NCBI GenBank assembly: GCA_963822075.1
Contig: CAWGGP010000001.1
Location: forward strand, 366,331-430,330
Reading direction: 5' to 3'
DNA length: 64,000 nucleotides
Source: Candidatus Aminicenantes bacterium
Lineage (GTDB): Bacteria > Acidobacteriota > Aminicenantia > UBA2199
In this document: one piece after another, positions 10,483 through 18,557 of the stretch
Numbering within the stretch: position 1 is the stretch's first letter
How the letters are laid out: every line of letters starts with the position of its first letter
The notes under the pieces: generated by a model
The model's input: the letters and a program-made list of their open reading frames with translations, nothing else
Told to the model about the DNA's origin: nothing
The model's database searches: none
Translations under genes and position numbers: made by a program

Positions 10483-11706
10483 ATGGTGAATAAGGAACAC
10501 CCCGTCATCGCCCTGACCGGGGCCACGGGCTTTTTGGGAAGCCACCTCATGGCGCAATTGCTGCGCGGCGGGAACCGCCTGGTCGTTCTCGGCCGCTCGA
10601 CAAAGGAAGAAACGCTGCCCGCGAGGATCGCCAGGCTTTTGCGCTGGTTCGGCATGGATGCGCCCGCGACCGGGCTGGAAACGGTGGAGATCGATTTTTC
10701 GCAGGCCAAGATGGGCATCCCGGAAGCCAGGTACGACAAACTCTGCGCCATGACCGACCAGGTCATCCATTGCGCGTCGGACACGAATTTTTCCGAGCGC
10801 AAGCGCGAGCTGGTTTACGCGGCCAACGTCCATTCGCTGGGCGGCATCCTCGAATTCGCGGCGCATGGCCGCAAAAAGGTCTTCAATTACATCAGCACCG
10901 CTTACGTGGCCGGGATCAGCGACGCCGTCTGCGGGGAAACCCTTCCCCGCGCAGCCGCTTTCGTGAACGTGTATGAAGAAAGCAAGGCCCGGGCCGAAGC
11001 CGTCATCGCCTCGTTCTGCGGCAAGAACTCCCTGCCCCTGAGGATCATCCGCCCGTCCATCGTGTTCGGTGATTCGCGCACCGGGCGCGCGCTCAAATTC
11101 AACGCGCTGTATTTTCCCATCAAGACGGTCCAGTACATCAAGGACATCTACCTGAACGATATCCGCAACAACGGCGGGAAAAAAGCGCAAAAGAGCGGGA
11201 TATTCGTCGATGGCGAAGGATATCTGCACCTGCCGCTGCGGGTCTACCTGCCGCAGAAAGGGTCGATCAATCTCATTCCCGTGGACTACTTCGTCGAGGC
11301 GACGCTCAGGATCATCGCCGGCGATCCTGCCGGCGGCATTTTTCACCTGACCAGCAACTCCGCGCCGACGCTGGCCACGCTCGCCGCCTACAACAGGGAA
11401 TTCATGAAAATACGCGACGTCGAGATCATTTACGGCCCGGCGGGAAATGCCGCCATGCGCAATCCCGTCGAGGAACTGTTCGATCGTTTCATCGAGCCCT
11501 ACCGCCCCTATTTGTCGGACAACAGGGTTTTCGACAGGACGAACACCGACCGGGCGACCGGCCAGCTGCAGCCGCCGGAATTCACCGCTGAACTATTCAA
11601 AAAATGCATGGACTACGCCATCGGCGTCGACTGGGGCGGATCGATCTTTTCGGGAATGAACGAAAATGACGAACAAGGAGGTAAAGCGCATGTTACCGAT
11701 CGGTGA
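10483..11706 (+). CDS. SDR-family NAD-binding reductase (thioester/fatty-acyl reductase-like, NAD_binding_4)
   Basis: ORF 10483..11706. It has the Rossmann motif LTGATGFLGSHL and a layout typical of male-sterility/thioester-reductase domains. Confidence 0.7.
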   Translation: MVNKEHPVIALTGATGFLGSHLMAQLLRGGNRLVVLGRSTKEETLPARIARLLRWFGMDAPATGLETVEIDFSQAKMGIPEARYDKLCAMTDQVIHCASDTNFSERKRELVYAANVHSLGGILEFAAHGRKKVFNYISTAYVAGISDAVCGETLPRAAAFVNVYEESKARAEAVIASFCGKNSLPLRIIRPSIVFGDSRTGRALKFNALYFPIKTVQYIKDIYLNDIRNNGGKKAQKSGIFVDGEGYLHLPLRVYLPQKGSINLIPVDYFVEATLRIIAGDPAGGIFHLTSNSAPTLATLAAYNREFMKIRDVEIIYGPAGNAAMRNPVEELFDRFIEPYRPYLSDNRVFDRTNTDRATGQLQPPEFTAELFKKCMDYAIGVDWGGSIFSGMNENDEQGGKAHVTDR

Positions 11707-12340
11707 TGATAATTCCTCGCGCCGCGCCGTCCCGCTGGTCACCTACGCCCTGGTCGCCCTGAACGTCCTGTTCTTCTTCGTGGAAATGAGCGGCGGCGAC
11801 GCGTTCATCGCGAAATGGGCCTTCGTCCCCCGGCGCTTCCTGGCCGCTCCGGCGGCGGATTTTCTGACGCTGTTCAGCGCCATGTTCATGCACGCCGGCT
11901 GGGTGCACCTGGGCGGCAACATGCTCTACCTGTGGATCTTCGGCGACAACGTGGAGGACCGTTTCGGGCACGTCCAGTTCGCGATCTTCTACCTGCTCTG
12001 CGGCCTGGCGGCCACGTTCGCCCAGCTGGCGTTCAACCTCAAGTCGAACGTGCCGAACCTGGGCGCGTCGGGGGCGATCGCCGGGGTGCTCGGCGCCTAC
12101 ATTTTGCTGTTCCCCAAGGGCCGGGTCAGGGTGTTGCAGGGCCAGGGGGTGGTCCAGGTGCCGGCGCTGCTCGCCATCGGCTTCTGGATCGTGCTGCAGT
12201 TCTTCAGCGGCATCGGCTCGATCGCCAATACGGCCGACACGGGCGGGGTGGCCTACATGGCGCATATCGGCGGCTTCGTCGCCGGGTTCGCGCTGACCTT
12301 CCTGTTCCGCGGCCGCGGCGATGCGCCGCCAGCGGGCTGA
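11690..12340 (+). CDS. rhomboid-family intramembrane serine protease
   Basis: In ORF 11666..12340, ATG 11690 follows AAGGAGG. It has HAGWVHLGGNMLYLW, GASGAIAG (catalytic Ser) and AHIGGF (catalytic His). Confidence 0.85.
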   Translation: MLPIGDDNSSRRAVPLVTYALVALNVLFFFVEMSGGDAFIAKWAFVPRRFLAAPAADFLTLFSAMFMHAGWVHLGGNMLYLWIFGDNVEDRFGHVQFAIFYLLCGLAATFAQLAFNLKSNVPNLGASGAIAGVLGAYILLFPKGRVRVLQGQGVVQVPALLAIGFWIVLQFFSGIGSIANTADTGGVAYMAHIGGFVAGFALTFLFRGRGDAPPAG

Positions 12341-12387
12341 ACGCTTCCATTTCCCCGCCGCCCATTTTCGGATACAATAAGCAGACG

Positions 12388-13518
12388 ATGGGAAAACCAT
12401 GGGAGAATCCGAATTACGGGAATGATCGCCGCCGGCGCCAGCGGAGGATGATCGTGCCGCTGCTGCTGGCGGCGGTCGCAGGCTCCGCCTTCTGGCTACT
12501 GCGCCGCGGTGCTCCTGAAAAGGTCGCGACGCCAGTTGTGGCCTCAACGCCAGGTCGTTCCGTTTCCGCTCCCAGCCCTATTCCCCAGCAGACGACAGGC
12601 CCCGTCGAAGAGATCCCGGGCGCTGCCGTCCGGGGATCCCTTCCGACCAGTGAGATCGCAGCCCCGGATTCGGGTGATGGCTTCACGTCCGCAGTGGCCG
12701 TTCCGGCCGGCGATTTCGCCGCGCGCAAAGTGCTGGCCTTTTCCCTCTATCGGCAGAACGAACTGGAGCAGGCTCAGGAGCAAGCGCAGGCCGCTCTGGC
12801 CCTGCGGGCGGACGGGGAACTGCTCGAGTTGCTGGCCAAGCTGAAAAAAGAGATCCGCGTGCAGCGCAACTACGACGATGCCCGCACCGCCAACTTCATC
12901 ATGCTTTTCGATGGCTATGAGCACGAGGAAATGAAACGCGCCGTGCTGGACATCCTCAAGGACGCTTATGGCGACATCGGCAAGGAATTCAACCATTTCC
13001 CGGCCGAGCCGATCAGCGTCATCCTCTACACGGCCAAGGATTTTTCCGACGTCACCCGCGCCCCCATGTGGTCGGGCGGCCTGTTCGACCAGCTCGATGG
13101 CAAGATTCGCGTGCCCGTGCAGGGCGCGGCCGGCAACGAGGCGGCGCTGCGCCGGGTGCTCTACCACGAGTACACCCACGCCCTGCTCTTCTCCCTGGCG
13201 CCCGGCTGCCCGCTCTGGCTGAACGAGGGGCTAGCCCAGCGTTTCAGCGGCGAGGAGTCGGTCAGCGTGGCCCAGCTGATCCCCTTGGAGCTTCTAGAGA
13301 AAGGCTTCCCGAGCGAATCGCGCCTGGCATACGCGGCCTACATGGAGAGCCTGCAGGCGGTGCAGGACCTGGTGGAGGAATACGGCATGGCGCGCCTGCG
13401 CCGGCTTCTGTCCGGGCTGGGCGCCGGCGGGGATATGGAAACGGCCTTTGCCGCCACTTACGGCCAGCCCTTCAGCCGCTGGGCCGCCCAATGGCGCCCG
13501 GTTCAGCGCGAAGAATGA
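12388..13518 (+). CDS. MA-clan zinc-metallopeptidase-like protein (HExxH) with N-terminal TM
   Basis: This is the part of ORF 11815..13518 downstream of ATG 12388. It has a TM segment (IVPLLLAAVAGSAFWLL) and the LYHEYTHALLF...NEGLAQ motif. The upstream part of the ORF overlaps the rhomboid gene and is not credible. Confidence 0.65.
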   Translation: MGKPWENPNYGNDRRRRQRRMIVPLLLAAVAGSAFWLLRRGAPEKVATPVVASTPGRSVSAPSPIPQQTTGPVEEIPGAAVRGSLPTSEIAAPDSGDGFTSAVAVPAGDFAARKVLAFSLYRQNELEQAQEQAQAALALRADGELLELLAKLKKEIRVQRNYDDARTANFIMLFDGYEHEEMKRAVLDILKDAYGDIGKEFNHFPAEPISVILYTAKDFSDVTRAPMWSGGLFDQLDGKIRVPVQGAAGNEAALRRVLYHEYTHALLFSLAPGCPLWLNEGLAQRFSGEESVSVAQLIPLELLEKGFPSESRLAYAAYMESLQAVQDLVEEYGMARLRRLLSGLGAGGDMETAFAATYGQPFSRWAAQWRPVQREE

Positions 13519-13557
13519 ATCTTCCTGAGATCCGTTTTTAAATTCTATGGAGGACAT

Positions 13558-15086
13558 ATGAAAAAAGCCATATTGATTCTTTGTTGCCTGGTTTTATTCG
13601 CAGTGATGGGCTTTGCGCAAAGAGCAAAGACGGAGGTCATTGGAAAGTTCTCCTGGTATACGGAGCAGAACAATTGGCAGGAGATGCTCCAGATCGCCCA
13701 AAAGGCGAACAAGCCCATTCTGGCTGTTTTTTCTGCCACATGGTGCGGTCCTTGTCAGGAATTAAAGACAAATCTTTTTAAGACTGTTACTTTCAAAAGG
13801 TTGCGGATGAAGTGGTGCTGCTCTATATTGAACAAACAACCAAGGAAGGCGCTGCATATAACAGCAAATATAAGGTGATCGGTTTCCCATCGTTCAGGAT
13901 CTTTTCACAACAAGGGGTCCTGTTGGACCAAGGGTTCCCGGAACGCACAGTTGAAGGCTTCCTGAAATGGATAAGCGATGTGAAAGCCGGCAAGAATTTC
14001 TATGAGTTATCAAGAAAATTGGAGCAAAATCCCAATGACCGTGGAGCACTTGTTCAAATAGCCGGAAAATTGGATGGGGGAGAGAGGGAAAAGATCTTCG
14101 ACTATTTACAACGGGCGATCAAGATTAATCCCGATTTTAGCGACGAACTGGCACAGGAAGCGTACGAAAAATTAGCATACTTCCTGTTAGGAGGTATGCC
14201 TTTTAAGGAAGGGAAAGAGAAGGAAGAGTATTTAACACGCTGGCAGAAAACGTTTCAGGCGATTGTCGATTCGTACTACCCTAACAGATTCAAATATGAA
14301 TTAACGGGAAACATCGGCCTGAATTACATCCTCAATTGGTTTTACAGATCACGGCAATTTGAAAAAGTTCTTTTTTATTTTAATGATTTCCTGAAGCGCA
14401 AAGGGGACGGCTTGGATTTCGCACAGGATATCATTGTGTTTGCAGTTGCTATTCCTGATTTTGTCTCCCTGGGAAAGCTTGACGAGGCGGAACGCTGGAT
14501 AGCCAGGATCAGGGACTTCGCCATGCGGAATGAAAACGTGCCCTCTGACCAAAGATTTATCCATTTCTATTTTGAATTATTCAACGGGGTTAACGGGGTT
14601 ATAAGAAATTTTGAATTGCAAGGACAAGACGTCAATGCGGAAAAATATGCGGGCATTCTGGCTGAGGATATGGTCCGGATGAGGCAGGGAATGTTGGCTG
14701 TCCTGTCAGTCACCAGTCAGGCCACGATCCTTGTAAATATGGGCAAGAAAGCGGAAGCGAGAAATGCGCTGGTCGCTCTATATAAAAATGAGGATTTTTT
14801 TAAAAGTTTGGATAAGCAGGTTGTTCCTGGAGCCTTGCACCAGATTGCCTGGACCATGACCTGGATGGAGATCGCGGACCCGACGTCGCTCAAGATCGCT
14901 GAAAAAGCCGTTGCGCTGAGCCCGGTCCCCTCCAATAAAGATACACTGGCTTGCGTCCACGCCGCGCTGGGAAATTTCAGGGAAGCGGTGAAGATTGAAA
15001 AAGAGGCGCTGGCCGAGGAAAAGGACGAATCCGCCCGCCAGGAATACGCAAATCGGATTCGAGAATGGCAGGAAAAAATAAAGTGA
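13558..15086 (+). pseudogene. secreted thioredoxin-fold (WCGPC) protein fused to TPR-like helical domain, disrupted
   Basis: ORF 13558..13878 has a signal peptide and WCGPCQ. It continues in ORF 13812..15086 (VVLLYIEQ...IGFPSF, then helical repeats). The frame change lies near 13790. The region is markedly AT-richer than its flanks. Confidence 0.75.
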
Positions 15087-15106
15087 TGCCAATATTGTTG
15101 CGCTAG

Positions 15107-15472
15107 ATGACCGTTCTGATGGATAAGAAAGAGATAAAAAAACAGTACAAGCAGAAACCGCCGGACATGGGGGTTCACCAGGTGAAGAACCTGGCCAGCG
15201 GAAAGATCTATATCGGCCGCGCCATGGACCTGAACGGCAAGCTGAACAGCGAAAGATTCCAGCTGAAGAACGGGATGCACATGAACCGGGAGCTGCAAAA
15301 AGACTTCGCCGACCTGGGCGAAGAAAAATTCGCCTTCGAGGTCCTGGACCGGCTGCAGCCGAAACAAGGAGCGGGCCATGACCTGGGCCAGGAACTGAAG
15401 GAGCTGGAAGCGATCTGGCTGGACAAGCTGCAGCCATACAACAATAAAGGTTATAACAAAAAGAAACCCTAA
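15107..15472 (+). CDS. GIY-YIG nuclease-domain protein (small, stand-alone)
   Basis: ORF 15107..15472. GVHQVKNLASGKIYIGRAMDLNGKLNSERFQLKNGMHMNRELQ...FAFEVL fits the GIY-YIG pattern. Confidence 0.7.
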   Translation: MTVLMDKKEIKKQYKQKPPDMGVHQVKNLASGKIYIGRAMDLNGKLNSERFQLKNGMHMNRELQKDFADLGEEKFAFEVLDRLQPKQGAGHDLGQELKELEAIWLDKLQPYNNKGYNKKKP

Positions 15473-15547
15473 GATTTGCGTTGCTTGAATATATCTTGAT
15501 TATGCCTTACCCTCCCGCAACGCGGGGGGGGAATATGGGGGTGAGGC

Positions 15548-15811
15548 TTAGTGCTTGCTGTCCGCCGATGTTTTCTGGAATTTCTCCCGGCACTCCTCGG
15601 AGCAGAAATAGCGGGTCTCCTTGCCCGCGGGCAGGGAGAGGGCCTGGCCGGCAGGCACCCAGGTGCCGCAGACCGGGTCCTGGACCATCTCTTCCACTTT
15701 TCCCCCGGCGGGCGGTTCGTCGGGCGGCGCTTGCGGCACCGGGGCAGAACTCCGGCGCAGCCACTTGAACAGGAGGTAGATGATCCCGGCCAGAATGAAG
15801 AGGCGGAACAT
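15548..15811 (-). CDS. small membrane-anchored YHS/TRASH-domain protein
   Basis: These are the last 87 codons of ORF 15548..17344 (MFRLFILAGIIYLLF...CGTWV...YFCSEECREKF). The ATG overlaps the hutH stop (TGATG at 15809-15813). Confidence 0.6.
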   Translation of the reverse strand: MFRLFILAGIIYLLFKWLRRSSAPVPQAPPDEPPAGGKVEEMVQDPVCGTWVPAGQALSLPAGKETRYFCSEECREKFQKTSADSKH

Positions 15812-17337
15812 CAGAGGAGCTGCAGCCCCGGTTTTTCGGCGGCCGCGACGACCTCGCCGGAGGCGATCAGGTCGACGATATGGCGGATGTGGACGTCCAT
15901 GCGCGTGTCCTCGTTGAGGAACGGCACCTGCTTGCGGATCAGGGCCTTGACGCTCTCCAGTGGCGGGGAGCTTTTCAGCTCGTAAAAATCCAGCGCCTGC
16001 GCCGCGGCCATCAGCTCGATGGCCAGGATGTGGGCCAGGTTGCCGATGATCTCGCGCGCCTTGCGGGCGCCGATGGTGCCCATGCTGACGTGGTCCTCCT
16101 GGTTTGCCGAGGTGGGGATGTTGTCCACCGAGGCGGGGTGGGCCAGGGACTTGTTCTCCGAGGCCAGCGCCGACGCCGTAACGTGGACGATCATGAACCC
16201 CGAGTTCAGGCCGTTGTCGGCGACCAGGAAATTGGGCAGCCCCATATTGGAGGCGGGGTTGATCAGGCGGTCGATGCGCCTTTCGGAGATGTTGCCCAGC
16301 TCGGTCATGACGATGGACAGGAAATCCATGGCGAAGGCCACGGGCTCGCCGTGGAAGTTGCCGCCCGACAGGATGATCTTCTTGTCCGGGAAGATCAGCG
16401 GGTTCTCGGTGGCGGAATTCGTTTCGATCTCCAGGACGCGGCGCACGTGCTTCAGGGTGTCGCGCACCGCCCCGTGCACCTGGGGGATGCAGCGGACGGA
16501 ATAGGCGTCCTGGACTTTTTTCTTGCCCTGGTGGGAGACCCAGAGGGGCGAGTCCTTGATCAGGTGCAGGATGTTCCTGGCGCTTTCCAATTGCCCCGGG
16601 TGGCGGCGCACCTCCTGGATCTCGTCGTAGAAGGGCGAGGGATTGCCGAGCTGGGCCTCGAAGGTCATGGCCCCGGCGATATCGGCCACTTTGGCCAGGT
16701 TTTCCGCCTCGTGCAGGTTGAAAATGCCGATGGCGGTCATGACCTGGGTGCCGTTGATCAGCGCCAGGCCCTCCTTTTCCAGGAGCTCGAGGGGCTGCAG
16801 GCCCGCCTTTTTCAACGCCGTCGCCGCCTCCTGCTCCTGGCCCTGGTAAATGACCTCGCCTTCGCCGATCAGGACCATGGCCAGGTGCGAGAGGGGGGCG
16901 AGGTCGCCGGACGCGCCCACCGAGCCTTTCGAGGGGATCAGGGGGATGATGTCCTTGTTCAGCAGGTCGAGCAGCAGCTGCACCACTTCCAGGCGTACGC
17001 CGCTGTAGCCCTTGGCCAGGACGTTGGCCCGCAGCAGGATGATGCCGCGGGCGATGTCCGACGGCAAGTTGGGGCCGACGCCGGCGGTATGGCTCTGGAT
17101 CAGGTTCTTCTGCAGTTTCTTCAGGTCCTTCTTTTCGATGCGTCGCTGGGCGAGCGCCCCGAAGCCGGTGTTGATCCCGTAATAGGGTTTGTCGGAATGG
17201 ATGAATTCCTCCAGGACCGACCGGCAGTTCCTGACTTTCTCCTCGGCGGCCGGGGAGAGCTCGACCCGTTTTTTGCCGCGGGCCACGCGGTCGAACTGCT
17301 CCAGGGTGAGGAGGTCGCCGTCGATCTGGATGGACAT
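15811..17337 (-). CDS. hutH: histidine ammonia-lyase
   Basis: ORF 15811..17337. It has the MIO-forming GSVGASGDLAPLSH motif and the SH selectivity pair in NLIQSHTAGVG. Confidence 0.85.
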   Translation of the reverse strand: MSIQIDGDLLTLEQFDRVARGKKRVELSPAAEEKVRNCRSVLEEFIHSDKPYYGINTGFGALAQRRIEKKDLKKLQKNLIQSHTAGVGPNLPSDIARGIILLRANVLAKGYSGVRLEVVQLLLDLLNKDIIPLIPSKGSVGASGDLAPLSHLAMVLIGEGEVIYQGQEQEAATALKKAGLQPLELLEKEGLALINGTQVMTAIGIFNLHEAENLAKVADIAGAMTFEAQLGNPSPFYDEIQEVRRHPGQLESARNILHLIKDSPLWVSHQGKKKVQDAYSVRCIPQVHGAVRDTLKHVRRVLEIETNSATENPLIFPDKKIILSGGNFHGEPVAFAMDFLSIVMTELGNISERRIDRLINPASNMGLPNFLVADNGLNSGFMIVHVTASALASENKSLAHPASVDNIPTSANQEDHVSMGTIGARKAREIIGNLAHILAIELMAAAQALDFYELKSSPPLESVKALIRKQVPFLNEDTRMDVHIRHIVDLIASGEVVAAAEKPGLQLL

Positions 17338-17379
17338 GCGTCAACCGGCGCTGAAAAGGACGGATAGCCGCTGCATGCG

Positions 17380-18534
17380 CTAGCCGATGTTCTTTACCGC
17401 GCCCAGCAGTTCCAGGGAGATGACGTGCTTCTGGATCTCGTTGGTGCCTTCGTATATCTGCAGCAGCTTGGCGTCGCGCATCATCTTTTCCACCGGGTAT
17501 TCCTTCATGTAGCCGTAGCCGCCGAAGAGCTGGACGGCGTCGACCGTGACCTTCATGGCCACGTCGGTGGCCATGACCTTGGCCATGGCCGATTCCTTGG
17601 ACGCTTTCATGCCGTTGTCCAGCATCCAGGCCGAGCGGTAGACCATCAGCCGCGCCGCGTCGATCTCGGTGGCCATCTCGGCCAGCTTGAAGGCGTTGTG
17701 CTGGAAGGTGGCGATGGGCCGGCCGAACTGGATCCGGGTCTGCGAGTACTTCAGGGCCTCCTCGAAGGCGGCGCGGGCCACGCCAACCCCGCCCGCGCCC
17801 ACGGCGGGCCGGGCGTAGTCGAGGGTTTTCATGGCGATGATGAAGCCCATGCCCTCGCGCTTGAGCACGTTGGCGGCCGGCACCTTGACTTCGTCGAAGT
17901 AGAGCTCGGTGGTGTTGGAAGCACGGTGGCCCATCTTGTTCTCGTGCTTGCCGACGGTGATGCCCTGGGTGTCCATGGGCACGATGAAGGCGGTGAGGCC
18001 GCGGGCGCCGCGCGCCTTGTCGGTGGAGGCGAAGATCACCCCCAGCTGCGAGACGCCGCCGTTGGTGATGAAGGTCTTGGAGCCGTTGATGACGTAGTGG
18101 TCGCCTTTCCTGACGGCGGTGGTCTGGATGGCCGAGTTGTCCGAGCCGGCTTCCTTCTCGGTCAGGGCGAAGCAGGCGAAGGCCATCTTCTCGGTCAGCG
18201 GCGTCAGGAATTTCTTCTTCTGCTCGTCGCTGCCGAACAGCACGATGGGCGTGGTGGCCAGCGTGTTGGCCATGATCGAGGTGTACATGCCGGCGCAGCC
18301 CCAGGCCAGCTCTTCGCAGACGATGGTGTTGATCAGGGTCGAGAAACCGGCGCCGTTGTATTCGGCCGGGATGCCCGACGTGAGAAAACCGGCCTCGAAG
18401 GCCTTCTGCATGATCTCGCGCGGGAACTCGTTCTTCTCGTCGTATTCGTGGCTCTTGGGGCGCATCTCCTTCTCGGCGAACTTATGCGTCTCTTCCTTGA
18501 ATGCCAATTGATCTTCGGTCAGGGCAAAGTCCAT
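17380..18534 (-). CDS. acyl-CoA dehydrogenase
   Basis: ORF 17380..18636. The start is placed at ATG 18534 (MDFALTEDQ) after GGAGAA. The ACAD pattern runs throughout (CFALTEKEAGSD, YEGTNEIQ). Confidence 0.85.
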   Translation of the reverse strand: MDFALTEDQLAFKEETHKFAEKEMRPKSHEYDEKNEFPREIMQKAFEAGFLTSGIPAEYNGAGFSTLINTIVCEELAWGCAGMYTSIMANTLATTPIVLFGSDEQKKKFLTPLTEKMAFACFALTEKEAGSDNSAIQTTAVRKGDHYVINGSKTFITNGGVSQLGVIFASTDKARGARGLTAFIVPMDTQGITVGKHENKMGHRASNTTELYFDEVKVPAANVLKREGMGFIIAMKTLDYARPAVGAGGVGVARAAFEEALKYSQTRIQFGRPIATFQHNAFKLAEMATEIDAARLMVYRSAWMLDNGMKASKESAMAKVMATDVAMKVTVDAVQLFGGYGYMKEYPVEKMMRDAKLLQIYEGTNEIQKHVISLELLGAVKNIG

Positions 18535-18557
18535 TGTTTTTCTCCTGCGCTCTGGGA

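Noticed and set aside
11815-12387. N-terminal 190 codons of ORF 11815..13518
   Set aside because: This stretch overlaps the well-supported rhomboid gene in another frame and is R/G/P-rich. The credible start is ATG 12388.
15511-15529. GC-rich hairpin (CCTCCCGC-AAC-GCGGGGGG) between convergent genes as a terminator
   Set aside because: It is a real inverted repeat but has no U-tract on either strand, so I did not list it as a terminator feature. It may still act as a bidirectional stop or an RNA-stability element.
15812-17344. Upstream 511 codons of the 598-aa ORF 15548..17344
   Set aside because: This is an alternative frame of hutH (R/P/G-rich). Only the last 87 codons, downstream of the hutH stop, look coding.
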